From NCBI GenBank assembly GCA_963819855.1, contig CAWFYC010000033.1, forward strand, positions 8,326-72,325: 64,000 bases of DNA. The letters run 5' to 3'. The notes under the pieces are model-generated. The model ran no database searches and had not been told where the DNA came from. It saw only the letters and a program-made list of their open reading frames with translations. This document shows positions 53,982 to 63,800 of this stretch, in pieces. Positions within the stretch are counted from its first letter, which is position 1. The number at the start of each line of letters is the position of its first letter. The translations under genes were made by a program, and so were the position numbers. Source of the stretch: an uncultured Alphaproteobacteria bacterium (GTDB taxonomy: Bacteria > Pseudomonadota > Alphaproteobacteria > Acetobacterales > Acetobacteraceae).

Positions 53982-56459
53982 ATGAGTCGCGACGAGATGG
54001 TGGACGGCAAGGGCGGGCTGCGGCCGCAATGGCGCAGCCTGCTCGGCGTGCTTGCCGGCCTCGGCCGCGGCGTGCTGGCCGAGCGCGCCGCGCGGCTGGA
54101 ACGGGTGATGGAGGAAGAGGGCGCGGCGAGTTTGCTGCCTGGATCGCCACCCGATCCGTGGCGGTTCGATCCGATCCCGCTGCCGCTGGCGCAAGCCGAA
54201 TTCATCGCGCTCGAGGCCGGATTGGCTCAACGCGCACGGCTGTTGGATGCGGTGCTCGCCGATCTCTACGGTGCGCAGCGGCTGCTGGCGGATGGCGCTC
54301 TGCCACCGGCACTGGTGTATCCCAATCCAGCCTTCCTGCGGCCATGCCGGCACGACGCAACGCCGCACCCGGAGCTGTTGCAATTCTACGCTGCCGACCT
54401 GGTGCGCGCGCCCGACGGCAACTGGACTGTGCTCGCGGACCGCACCGGGCTTGCCGATGGCCTCGCCCACGCGCTGCAGAACCGCAGGCGGCTCGGGCGG
54501 GTGGTGCCGGAACTGTTCGTGTCGCAACTGCTCTGCCATATCGATCCGTTCGTCGAGCTTTGCCTCGACATGCTGCGGCGGATGGTTCCGGGCGGCACGG
54601 CGGCACTGCTGACGCCGGGTCACGCCGACCCCGCCTGGTACGGGCATGTACTGCTGGCGCGAGAGCTGTCCTGCACGCTGGTCGAGGGCGGCGACCTCAC
54701 GGTGCGCGAGGGCGGCCTGTTCCTGAAGACGTTGCGCGGTCTGCAGCCGATCAGTGTACTGCTGCGCGGCATCGCCGGCAGGCTGGTCGATCCGCTGGAA
54801 CTCGACGCCGATGGCGCCGGCGTATCCGGCCTGCTCGCCGCCGCGCGCGATCGTGTGCGGATCGTCAACAGCCCGGGCTGCAGTCTCGTCGAGGCGCCGG
54901 CACTGGCGGCCTTCCTGCTCGACCTTGCGACGCGGGTGCTCGGCGAGGATCTTATGCTGCCCAGCGTGCCGACCGTTTGGCTGGGCGACAGTGCCGCGCG
55001 TGCGTCGGTCCTGGCGAGCATGGATGCATGGTGCCTTCGGCCGGCGCTCGACAGCGCCTTGCCGCCGGTGCCGTTGGCGGCGATGACGGAGCCGCGGCGT
55101 CGGGCTTTGCTCGACCGGATGGCGGCCGCGCCGTGGCAATTCGTGGCGAGCGCGGTGGTGACGCCCTCGGTCGCCCCTTGCCTCGACGGCGAGGGGCTGG
55201 TGCCGCGCCCGGTGGTGATGCGGATGTTCCTGGTCCGCGACCGCAACGGCTGGCGCGCTATGCAGGGCGGGCTGGGCTGCGTGCTCTCGGACGGTGCGCA
55301 GACCTGGCCGAGTACCGGGCCGGTGCTGGCCAAGGATGTCTGGATCCTGGCGGAAAACCCGGCAGCGATCGAGGGGCCGACATCGGCCCGCACGGCGCCG
55401 CTGGCGATCCGGCGCACGGCCGGCGATCTGCCGAGTAGGGTGGCCGACAATTTCTTCTGGCTCGGGCGATACCTGGAACGGCTCGAGGCCGCGGCCCGCC
55501 TGTTGCGCATCGCGATCGGCAGGCTCAGCCGGCCAGCGCCGACACCGCACGAAGTGGCCGAACTCGATGTGCTGATCGCATGCCTGACCCAGGCCGGTCT
55601 GCTCAACGCCGAAGCGATCGCTGGGCTTGGCCCCGCCGGTCTCGGCCAGGCACTGCTGCGGGTCGCCGGCAGCTGGGGTTCGATCCATGCCCTGCTGGGC
55701 CAGGTCTCGCGCGTCACCGGCCTGCTGCGCGATCAGGTCACCGGCGAGATGCACGCGGTCACCGCCCGCGGCCTGCGCGAGGTGGAAGACGCGCTCGCCC
55801 ACATCCCGGCACGGGGCGACGGCCAGGCACTGGATGCGACGTTCGAGGCGATGTCGCGCGTGCTGGCCTTCGCGGCCACGCTGTCCGGGCTGGCAGCGGA
55901 GAACATGGTGCGCGGCGGCGGACGGCTGTTCCTCGACCTGGGACGACGGGTGGAGCGCGCCCAGGCGGTGGCCGACCAACTGGCCTGCGCGCTGGAGTTC
56001 CCCGGCGTTGCCCAGCAGCCGGCGCGCATCGAGCACGGACTGCGCCTGGCGCTGGAGCTGTGCGATTCGTCGATCACCTATCGCAGCCGTTATCTGGCGG
56101 TGCTCCAGCCGGCACCGGCGCTCGACCTGCTGCTGGCCGACGACGGCAATCCGCGCGGGCTGGCGTTCCAGCTTGCCGCGATGCGGGCGCTGCTGAGCGA
56201 GATCGGCAGCGGCGCGGACACCTCGCTCGCCGCTGCCGCCGCCGCGTTGCAGGACGAACCGCAGGCAATGGTCCGCGCGGTGGCCGAGGCCGCCGACCAG
56301 TCGGTGGCGGCGCTGTTCCTGCCGGCGCGGCTGCGCGCGCTGCGCGACGCGGTGGCCGAGTTGTCGGACCGTGTGTCGCGGCGCTACTTCGCGCTGCTGC
56401 CGACCGCCCGCACCGTGGGCATCGAGGCGCTGCCTCGCTCGATGCGTGGGGCGGCGTGA
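53982..56459 (+). CDS. Circularly permuted ATP-grasp (type 2) fused to alpha-E domain
   Basis: The product carries MSRDEMVDGKGGLRPQW, VRAPDGNWTVLADRT...LQNRRRLGRVVPELF and the alpha-E signature RVADNFFWLGRYLERLEAAARLLR. An alternative TTG start at 53961 overlaps the upstream stop. Confidence 0.8.
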   Translation: MSRDEMVDGKGGLRPQWRSLLGVLAGLGRGVLAERAARLERVMEEEGAASLLPGSPPDPWRFDPIPLPLAQAEFIALEAGLAQRARLLDAVLADLYGAQRLLADGALPPALVYPNPAFLRPCRHDATPHPELLQFYAADLVRAPDGNWTVLADRTGLADGLAHALQNRRRLGRVVPELFVSQLLCHIDPFVELCLDMLRRMVPGGTAALLTPGHADPAWYGHVLLARELSCTLVEGGDLTVREGGLFLKTLRGLQPISVLLRGIAGRLVDPLELDADGAGVSGLLAAARDRVRIVNSPGCSLVEAPALAAFLLDLATRVLGEDLMLPSVPTVWLGDSAARASVLASMDAWCLRPALDSALPPVPLAAMTEPRRRALLDRMAAAPWQFVASAVVTPSVAPCLDGEGLVPRPVVMRMFLVRDRNGWRAMQGGLGCVLSDGAQTWPSTGPVLAKDVWILAENPAAIEGPTSARTAPLAIRRTAGDLPSRVADNFFWLGRYLERLEAAARLLRIAIGRLSRPAPTPHEVAELDVLIACLTQAGLLNAEAIAGLGPAGLGQALLRVAGSWGSIHALLGQVSRVTGLLRDQVTGEMHAVTARGLREVEDALAHIPARGDGQALDATFEAMSRVLAFAATLSGLAAENMVRGGGRLFLDLGRRVERAQAVADQLACALEFPGVAQQPARIEHGLRLALELCDSSITYRSRYLAVLQPAPALDLLLADDGNPRGLAFQLAAMRALLSEIGSGADTSLAAAAAALQDEPQAMVRAVAEAADQSVAALFLPARLRALRDAVAELSDRVSRRYFALLPTARTVGIEALPRSMRGAA

Positions 56460-57343
56460 TTTACCGGGTGCGGCATGTGACCCGGTACGACTATCAGGCG
56501 CCGGTCGATCTTGGCGCGCATCTGGCCCATCTGCGGCCACGTCCGCTGCCCTACCAGAAGGTGCTGCGCGCCGGCGTGCACGCCGCACCCGCGGTGTCGT
56601 GGCGGCGCGACGGCAGTGACCATTTCGGCAACGAGGTCACCTGGCTGTTCCTCGATGTCGCGCACGCGGCGTTCCAGGTGATCGCCGACGCGACCGTCGA
56701 TGTTGGCTTTCCGGCCCCGCCTGACCCGGCGTCGACGCCGTCGTGGGAAACTGTGGCGCGGCAGACCTGGGACGCCGGCGGCACCGCCTGGCAGGCTGCC
56801 GAGTTCGTGTTCGACAGTCCGCGCGCGCCGGCGGACGGCGGTGCGAAAGCCTATGCGGCACCCTGCTTCGCGCCTGGGCGCACGGTGCTCGAGGCGGCGC
56901 TGGAGCTGAACTCGTGCATTCGGCGGGAATTCACCTTCCGCGCCGGTGTGACGACCACCAGCACGCCGATTGCCGAGGTGCTGCGGCGGCGCGAGGGCGT
57001 GTGCCAGGATTTCACCCACCTGATGATCAGTGCGCTGCGCGGCTTCGGTGTGCCGGCGCGCTATGTGTCCGGCTACATCCGCACGCGCCCGTCAAGCGGC
57101 GGCCGGGCGCCGCAACTCGGTGCCGACCAGTCGCATGCCTGGGTCGGTGCCTGGCTCGGACCGGAGCATGGCTGGCTGGATCTCGATCCCACCAACGGCA
57201 TCGTGGTGCGGGACGAACACGTGGTGCTGGGCTGGGGCCGCGATTTCGGCGACGTCACGCCGCTGCGTGGCGTCATCCTGGGCGGCGGCGAGCAGGCACT
57301 CACCGTGGAGGTCGAACTGCGAGAAGTTACCGATCCGGAGTGA
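56456..57343 (+). CDS. Transglutaminase-family protein
   Basis: The start overlaps the upstream stop (GTGA). The product carries YRVRHVTRYDYQAPV, a catalytic-Cys region REGVCQDFTHLMISALRGFGVPARYVSGY, and HAWVGAWL...GWLDLDPTNG. Confidence 0.85.
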   Translation: MIYRVRHVTRYDYQAPVDLGAHLAHLRPRPLPYQKVLRAGVHAAPAVSWRRDGSDHFGNEVTWLFLDVAHAAFQVIADATVDVGFPAPPDPASTPSWETVARQTWDAGGTAWQAAEFVFDSPRAPADGGAKAYAAPCFAPGRTVLEAALELNSCIRREFTFRAGVTTTSTPIAEVLRRREGVCQDFTHLMISALRGFGVPARYVSGYIRTRPSSGGRAPQLGADQSHAWVGAWLGPEHGWLDLDPTNGIVVRDEHVVLGWGRDFGDVTPLRGVILGGGEQALTVEVELREVTDPE

Positions 57344-57407
57344 CAACCGGCGCCCGCGCGCATACGTGATGCAGCCGAAGTCGGCGAGGCGGGTTGTTAT
57401 GGTTCCC

Positions 57408-58313
57408 ATGACCATTCTCAAAGTTGTCCACCGCACGCGGTATGGCTATGCCGAACCGGTCAGCTTCGGCCCGCATCGGATGATGATGCGGCCACGCGAC
57501 AGCCATGATCTGCGCCTGATCGATACCGCGTTGACCATCTCGCCGAGCGGCTCGGTGCGTTGGCTGCACGACGTGTTCGGCAATTCGGTGGCGATCGCCG
57601 AATTCGCGGAGCCTGGCAACGAACTGCTGGTGGTATCGTCGTTCCGCGCCGAGCACTTTCCGTTGCCCGCGGCGGAGGTGAATCTCGAGGCGTATGCGCG
57701 TCGCTACCCGTTCAGCTACGACGCGGTGGAAATCCCCGACATCGGCCGCACCGCAGAGAGGAACTATCCCGATTCCGAGCACAAGATCGACGTCTGGGCG
57801 CGCCGCTTCGTCGCGCGCCAGCGCGACGGCGATACGATGGCGATACTGCTTGCCATGGTGCAGGCGATCGGCGCCGAGTTCCGCTACAACCGCCGCGACG
57901 AAATGGGGACGCAGGATCCTCTGGTCACGCTGGAGTCCGCCGCCGGCACCTGCCGGGATTTTGCGCTGTTCCTGATGGAGGCCGTGCGCAGCCTGGGCTT
58001 CGCTGCCCGCTTCGTGTCCGGCTACCTGTACGATGAGGACCAGGTGGGCGAAGCGAGGGTGGTCGGCGGCGGCGCTACCCATGCGTGGGTGCAGATTTAT
58101 CTGCCGGGGGCCGGGTGGGTCGAATTCGATCCGACCAATGCGCTGGTCGGCGGACGCAACCTGATCCGCGTGGCGGTCGCCCGTGACCCCAGCCAGGCGA
58201 TTCCGCTGAGCGGCAGCTTCACCGGAGCCGCCAACGCGTTTCAGGGGTTGACGGTCGAGGTCGAGATCAGTGCGGAGCAGACGACGAATTTAGCGACAGG
58301 AGGCGATCGATGA
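57408..58313 (+). CDS. Transglutaminase-family protein
   Basis: The product carries [47 protein letters not shown] and [20 protein letters not shown]. Alternative in-frame starts are at 57369 and 57399. Confidence 0.8.
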   Translation: MTILKVVHRTRYGYAEPVSFGPHRMMMRPRDSHDLRLIDTALTISPSGSVRWLHDVFGNSVAIAEFAEPGNELLVVSSFRAEHFPLPAAEVNLEAYARRYPFSYDAVEIPDIGRTAERNYPDSEHKIDVWARRFVARQRDGDTMAILLAMVQAIGAEFRYNRRDEMGTQDPLVTLESAAGTCRDFALFLMEAVRSLGFAARFVSGYLYDEDQVGEARVVGGGATHAWVQIYLPGAGWVEFDPTNALVGGRNLIRVAVARDPSQAIPLSGSFTGAANAFQGLTVEVEISAEQTTNLATGGDR

Positions 58314-58561
58314 GTGACTCGGTTTCCGGCGGTATCCAGGACTCGATCAGCGGCGCCGCGCAGCGGGTCGCCGGTGGCGTGCACGAGGCGGTGGAGCAGG
58401 TGGGGCATACGGCGTGCCGCGCGCATGAGGGGGTCGGCGAGGTGCGGGCTGTCATCCGTGCCCAGCCGATCACCGCAGCGCTGGTGGTGTTCGCGTTGGG
58501 CTATCTGTTCGGGCGGCTCGGGGCGCTGATTCCGTCGGGCGGTTCGACGCGGCACGGGTGA
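58310..58561 (+). CDS. Small membrane-anchored protein (83 aa)
   Basis: The start overlaps the upstream stop (ATGA). One C-terminal TM segment is present (PITAALVVFALGYLFGRLGALI). The layout resembles DUF883/ElaB-type tail-anchored proteins, but this call is weak. Confidence 0.45.
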   Translation: MSDSVSGGIQDSISGAAQRVAGGVHEAVEQVGHTACRAHEGVGEVRAVIRAQPITAALVVFALGYLFGRLGALIPSGGSTRHG

Positions 58562-58726
58562 ACGCCTCCGTCGCGGCTCAACGTCTTGTGGGCAACATGA
58601 CAATTGGCCGAAAATGCACCGGTGGGCTTGGCAATCCGGGGCGGCAAGCGCGATATGGGTGCCGTTTGAAGGAGAACTTTCATCGGACGGCGGTCGTCCT
58701 GCGTACGCACGGCTGTTACGTACGCC

Positions 58727-59278
58727 TTGATCATGCTTGCGGTGGTCATGCCGGTTTGGCGTGTTGCGCATGCGGCTGAAATCGACGGCATGCAACTGCC
58801 CGACACTGTGCAGGTGGAGGGGAAAGCGCTGCAGTTGAACGGGTATGGCCTGCGCACCTTTTCGTTTCTCGGCATCCACGTCTATGTCGCGAGCCTCTAC
58901 CTGGAGCACTTGAACACCGATCCCGAGGCAATCCTGCGCTCGCCGGAAACCAAGTTGCTGAGGGTCAAGTTTCAACATGGCGTCAGTGCCGAGCGGGCCC
59001 GGGAGTCCTGGCGGCATGGCTTCGAGAACAATTGCCTGGCCCCCTGCCACCTCGATCCGCAGGACGTCGAAAAGTTTCTTGCCGAGGTGCCGGCCATGCA
59101 GGCGGGTGACAATTATTCCCTGCTGTTTACTCAGAACGGTGCCGTTGTGAGCGTCAATGGGAAACAGATCGGCACAATTTCGCAGCCGCAGTTCGCCGCA
59201 GCGATGCTGGCCACGTTCCTTGGCCCCAAGCCAGGAGCACCGAGCCTCAAGCGGGAATTGCTCAGAGGCCACTCGTAA
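58727..59278 (+). CDS. Chalcone isomerase-like family protein (periplasmic)
   Basis: A signal-like N-terminus is followed by LQLNGYGLRTFSFLGIHVYVASLYLE, the bacterial CHI-like pattern. The start is uncertain (TTG 58727 or ATG 58733). Confidence 0.65.
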   Translation: MIMLAVVMPVWRVAHAAEIDGMQLPDTVQVEGKALQLNGYGLRTFSFLGIHVYVASLYLEHLNTDPEAILRSPETKLLRVKFQHGVSAERARESWRHGFENNCLAPCHLDPQDVEKFLAEVPAMQAGDNYSLLFTQNGAVVSVNGKQIGTISQPQFAAAMLATFLGPKPGAPSLKRELLRGHS

Positions 59279-59319
59279 GTATCATGCGGGGCTTCCGAAG
59301 CCATCACACGGGGGAACGA

Positions 59320-60813
59320 ATGCGGCTGCTGCTGGCGACCTTGTCGCACGAGACCAACACGTTCTCGCCGGTGCCGACGAAGCTGGAACGCTTCTGCCGC
59401 GACGGCACGACGCTGCTCAGCGGGCAGGATGCGATCGACTTCTTCCGCGGCACCGGCACGTGCATGGGCGGATATCTGGCGATCGCGGATGAAATCGGCG
59501 CCGAGGTCGTGGTGCCGGTGTGCGCCAGCGCGCCGCCGAGCGGGCCGGTGGACAGCGATGCCTACGAGACGTGCTGCCGCATGATCACCGACGCGGTGGC
59601 GAAGGGCGGGTTCGACGCGCTGTGGCTGGATCTGCATGGCGCGATGGTCACCGACCGGTTCGACGACGGCGAGGGCGAGCTGCTGCGCCGCATCCGCGCC
59701 ATCGACGCGACCACGCCGATCTGTGTCGCCTACGACATGCATGCCAATTGCTTCGACGCGATGGTGAGCAACGCGCAGATTGTCACCGGCTATCAGACCT
59801 ATCCGCATATCGACCAGCGGCAGACCGCGGAACGCGCGGCACGGGCGCTGCTGCGGACGATGCGGGGCGAGGTGCGGCCGACCGCCGCGTGGGGCAACGC
59901 GCCGATGTTGCCGCACGTGATGGCGCAGGGCACGCATCAGGCGCCGAACAAGGACCTCCAGGCGATGTGCGCGGCGTGGGAGGCGAGCGGCCGGGCGCTG
60001 GCCGCCAGCCTGTTCGTCGGCTTCCCGCATGCCGATGTCGAAATGGCGGGCCTGTCGGCCGTAGTTGTCACCGACAACGATCCTGCCGCTGCACGGGCGA
60101 TGGTCGATGAGCTGATCAGCGCCGCCTGGAAGGCACGCCGTGAATTCATGTTCGACATCGAACCGCTGGAAGCGTCGGTGCGCCGCGCTAAGGAGCTGGG
60201 TGCACCGGGGCAGTTGCCGGTGATGCTGCTCGATCACTACGATAACTGCGCCAGCGGCGGCACGATGGATACCACCGACACGCTGCGCGAGATCATCCGC
60301 CAGGACCTGGACGACGTGGTGTTCTTCGGCATCTACGATCCGGACGCGGTGGAGCAGGCGGTTCAGGCGGGCGTCGGCGCGACGGTGACGCTGTCGATCG
60401 GGGCGAAGCTGCCGATGCCCCAGTTGCCGGTTGCCAGCGCGCTACTGACCGTCACCGGCGTGGTGCAGACGATTTCATCCGGTCGTTTCCAATTGAAGGG
60501 CGGGCTGACGCCGGGGCTGCGGATCTACATGGGCCGCAGCGTGGTGCTGGATACCGGCAAGGTGCAGATCGTGCTGCTGAGCCGGCATATCGAGCCGACT
60601 GCTCAGGAGATGTTGCAAGTGCTCGGCATCGATCCGTCGCGCAAGAAATACGTCGCGATCAAGAGCCGGGTGCACTGGCGTGCCGACTTAGGCAAGATTG
60701 CGCGCGAGATCGTGGAATGCGCCGGGGTCGGTGTCTGCACGTCGGACTACGGGCAGTTGACGTTCCGCAAGGTGCGCCGGCCGGTGTTCCCCTTGGATCC
60801 GGATCTGCAGTAG
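59320..60813 (+). CDS. M81 family metallopeptidase (MlrC/microcystinase C-like)
   Basis: The N-terminus MRLLLATLSHETNTFSPVPT is the characteristic MlrC opening. The product is about 497 aa. Confidence 0.8.
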   Translation: MRLLLATLSHETNTFSPVPTKLERFCRDGTTLLSGQDAIDFFRGTGTCMGGYLAIADEIGAEVVVPVCASAPPSGPVDSDAYETCCRMITDAVAKGGFDALWLDLHGAMVTDRFDDGEGELLRRIRAIDATTPICVAYDMHANCFDAMVSNAQIVTGYQTYPHIDQRQTAERAARALLRTMRGEVRPTAAWGNAPMLPHVMAQGTHQAPNKDLQAMCAAWEASGRALAASLFVGFPHADVEMAGLSAVVVTDNDPAAARAMVDELISAAWKARREFMFDIEPLEASVRRAKELGAPGQLPVMLLDHYDNCASGGTMDTTDTLREIIRQDLDDVVFFGIYDPDAVEQAVQAGVGATVTLSIGAKLPMPQLPVASALLTVTGVVQTISSGRFQLKGGLTPGLRIYMGRSVVLDTGKVQIVLLSRHIEPTAQEMLQVLGIDPSRKKYVAIKSRVHWRADLGKIAREIVECAGVGVCTSDYGQLTFRKVRRPVFPLDPDLQ

Positions 60814-60893
60814 GCCCGTCGAGCAGCGCACAACGGCTGGCCGCAGGATCCTGCCTGCCGGGTAAGCGATCCGCTGGTTCTTATAATTAGCGC

Positions 60894-61337
60894 TCAGTCG
60901 TCAGGTTGCAGCTTCTTTAGATCGTCGACGTCGAGGGTCTCTTCAAGAATCTGATGCCATGCCGCTTTGGCGTCTTTCAGCGAAATCGCTGTATCATCGG
61001 CCCTCAGTCTGAAGACGAGATCGTACTTGTTCGTGATATTTCGGCTCGACGAGGTCCAATCCACGATTGTAAACGCGTTCACAGCGGGGTCGATTGCTGC
61101 GGGCGTCGTCACAATCTTGATGTCAGACGATCTTTTAGTCCCCTCTTGAATGGTTGCGAGCGCCGAATCGATCCGCTGTTCGTCGCCTTGCAGAGTAAAA
61201 TGGACGATTTCGTTTGCGTCGTTCCTCGCCGATCCTGCCAGGTTGTACTCGATGGCCTGTTTCATGACCATGGCACGGAACCCCACCTGCTGGTCGTTTC
61301 CGGTGACGGTTGCCGCAACAGCTACTTTCTTGGCCAT
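60894..61337 (-). CDS. Acylphosphatase-like domain protein with C-terminal extension (147 aa)
   Basis: VTGNDQQVGFRAMVMKQAIEYNLAGSARNDANEIVHFTLQGDE loosely follows V.G.VQGVGFR...G.V.N..DG.V. A strong Shine-Dalgarno sequence (GGGAGGAGGCAGG) is present, and the gene is visibly lower in G+C than its neighbours. Confidence 0.5.
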   Translation of the reverse strand: MAKKVAVAATVTGNDQQVGFRAMVMKQAIEYNLAGSARNDANEIVHFTLQGDEQRIDSALATIQEGTKRSSDIKIVTTPAAIDPAVNAFTIVDWTSSSRNITNKYDLVFRLRADDTAISLKDAKAAWHQILEETLDVDDLKKLQPDD

Positions 61338-61916
61338 AATCCTGCCTCCTCCCGAACGTTGCGGACCCGGACTTTGTCAAATCATTATAGCGCAAGTTGC
61401 ACGGGCGTGAACTACCGCCTTCGCCGCGAACCAATGGGACGCGGAGGTACACCGACACTTGGCTCGAGCTTCGCGGCCCCGGCGGCCATACGACCGCCCG
61501 CAACCAGCAATCCGGAGCCCTGAGATATTATATGGTGGCATCTGCCTGCCCGCCGCGTGCTGCGCAACCAATCCTGCCGTGAGGAAATCATGCGATGAGG
61601 ACCGGTTTCGGAGGCGGGCTTCCGCGATGCCGCCGCCGCGCCGTCCGATGCTGCCCGGAGGAGGGTCGGCCGGTTGCTGAACCTTACCGCTTCGGCACCG
61701 GCGCCGTCGATTGCAAGCACAAGGCAGAGGAGAGCCACTCGCAGCATCCTGAGCACGATGCAAGCATGGCGAGTGAGTCGGGGGCACGTGTGGTGGCAGG
61801 TCCGGGGGAGGCCCTTGAAGGAATTGCCCAACCATCACAGCCGCACGGCATGAATGGGTTAGCCATATATTAATTGTCCGTAGGCAACCTACCGAAACAA
61901 CGACGGAGGCCCGCTC

Positions 61917-63182
61917 ATGCACCTATTTTCAAGGCGAAAGGGCCTTGGGGGCGCCGCAGCGCAGATTTACCGTGCCTCGTTCGAGCAAAACCCAGACGCT
62001 ATCCTGGTTCTGAACAAGTCCGCCATCTTGACCTGCAATGAATCGGCGGTTCGCCTGCAAGGCTGTACAAGCAAAACGGAGATCTTGGCACTTCAGCCGA
62101 GTGATATGGCGCCGGATTTCCAGGCCAATGGCCAGCGTTCATCCGACTATGCGGGGGAGAAGCTGGCACTTGCGGGCAAGGAGGGGTTCGCCCGCTTTGA
62201 GTGGATAAATCGGCGGGCGGATGGCACTACGCGCCCTACGCAGGTGACCCTGCTTCCCGTCGTGATCAACGGCGAATCACTGCTCATCAGCTTCCGCCAG
62301 GATATCAGCGATCTCGTAGCAGCGCGTGAGGAAAAGAAGAGCACGATGGCCCAGATCGCCAGTAACTTTGAGGCGAAGGTCGGCGCAATCGTCAGTGTCG
62401 TCTCATCAGCCGCTGCAGAAATGGAGGCAACCGCTTCATCGTTAAACGCTACCGCCGAACAGACCTCCCGGCAGGTAACGGCGGTTGCCGCCGCATCGGA
62501 GCAGGCTTCGGCAAATGTTCAGTCAGTCGCCAGTGCAACGGAGGAGCTGTCCAGTTCCGTCGCTGAGATCAGCCGGCAGGTTGCGGCGTCGGCAGCAATC
62601 GCAGCCAAGGCGGTGGACGAATCAGGGCGCGCGAACGCCCTGGTCGATAGCTTGGCCGACGCAGCGCAGAAGATCAATGCTGTAACAAGCATGATTCACG
62701 AGATCGCCAGCCAGACCAATCTGCTTGCTCTCAATGCTACTATAGAGGCGGCTCGCGCGGGCGATGCAGGCAAGGGGTTTGCAGTTGTTGCGTCAGAAGT
62801 GAAGGGTCTGGCCAACCAGACAGCCAAGGCCACCGAACAGATCAGCGCGCACATCGCCGCGATGCAAAATGTCACCCGCGATACGGTAGTGGCCATTCAG
62901 TCGATCGGGTCAACTATCAGCCAGATTAACGAGATCGCCACAACGATTGCATCCGCAGTTGAAGAGCAGGGTGCAGCAACACAGGAAATCGCCCGCAACG
63001 TCCAGCAAGCGGGTGCCGGCACGACGCAAGTCTCCGGGAACATTGCTGGCGTAACGCAGGCTGTCGCTGCGACCGGATCGGCTGCGGGCGAGGTGCTTGG
63101 CGCCGCCGGCGAACTGGGAAAGCAGGCGGAAACGTTGAACGGCCAAGTGGCTGCCTTCTTGGACGAGGTCAGGGCGGCGTAA
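61917..63182 (+). CDS. Soluble PAS-domain methyl-accepting chemotaxis protein
   Basis: The MCP signalling hairpin is [50 protein letters not shown]. The N-terminus is PAS-like, and no TM segment is evident. Confidence 0.9.
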   Translation: MHLFSRRKGLGGAAAQIYRASFEQNPDAILVLNKSAILTCNESAVRLQGCTSKTEILALQPSDMAPDFQANGQRSSDYAGEKLALAGKEGFARFEWINRRADGTTRPTQVTLLPVVINGESLLISFRQDISDLVAAREEKKSTMAQIASNFEAKVGAIVSVVSSAAAEMEATASSLNATAEQTSRQVTAVAAASEQASANVQSVASATEELSSSVAEISRQVAASAAIAAKAVDESGRANALVDSLADAAQKINAVTSMIHEIASQTNLLALNATIEAARAGDAGKGFAVVASEVKGLANQTAKATEQISAHIAAMQNVTRDTVVAIQSIGSTISQINEIATTIASAVEEQGAATQEIARNVQQAGAGTTQVSGNIAGVTQAVAATGSAAGEVLGAAGELGKQAETLNGQVAAFLDEVRAA

Positions 63183-63325
63183 AGTGCTGTCCTTAACCCG
63201 TCCGGGCAGACAAGCAGCAGCAGATCGGCGTGGCTCATGCCATACACCTCGTCGTAAAAGGTCTTGCCGTCCCACACGTCCAGATGCCCGTTCGCATCGG
63301 TGAAGTGAATATCGAACGCGATGAA

Positions 63326-63718
63326 CTATCCGAGTGCGCCGCGCACCGGGCGGCCGGTTGGGCCATCCCACGCCACGCAGGGCCGCGGCGAGCCGGCGAC
63401 GAGTTCCGCATGGTCGGTCAGCAACACTGTGAAGCGCTCTTGCAGGAAACGGGCAAGCAGGGGCTCGAGCAGCGATCCCTGCTCGGCCAGGCCCATCGGT
63501 GCGGTGTGGTGCTCGACGCGAAACGTCAGCGTACGGCTGGTGGGTAGATAGCTGAGGACCGCGGTGACGTCGCCCCGCCCCAGGCTGTAGCGGACTTCGC
63601 CGCGAAGCCCGATGCTGCCCGGCTGCGGATCGGCAAATTGTTGCACTCGCACGTCCGGCTGCTCGGGCGCGGCGGCACCGAGCGCCAGTACCGGCACAAG
63701 GCAAGCGAGCCGGCGCAT
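63326..63718 (-). CDS. Hypothetical secreted protein (130 aa), possibly truncated by an in-frame TAG
   Basis: A signal-like N-terminus ([18 protein letters not shown]) follows the internal ATG at 63718. The frame stays protein-like beyond the TAG at 63326-63328. Confidence 0.4.
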   Translation of the reverse strand: MRRLACLVPVLALGAAAPEQPDVRVQQFADPQPGSIGLRGEVRYSLGRGDVTAVLSYLPTSRTLTFRVEHHTAPMGLAEQGSLLEPLLARFLQERFTVLLTDHAELVAGSPRPCVAWDGPTGRPVRGALG

Positions 63719-63800
63719 CCAGCCTGAATGCAAGCACAGTCGGCCGATTTGCGCCGATGATCGGCTTTCGTCCCGGCACATGTCGCGCCATAGTCGCCGA

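Noticed and set aside
52129-56588. Minus-strand ORFs of 673 and 925 aa across the transglutaminase/ATP-grasp genes
   Set aside because: They are antisense artefacts. The plus-strand products carry the catalytic Cys motifs and alpha-E signature, whereas the minus-strand translations are Arg/Gln/Ala/His low complexity.
60842-60853. 12-nt perfect palindrome gcaggatcctgc after the MlrC-like gene as an intrinsic terminator
   Set aside because: A loop-less 6-bp stem with no downstream T-tract is too weak to call, and a match of this size is plausibly chance.
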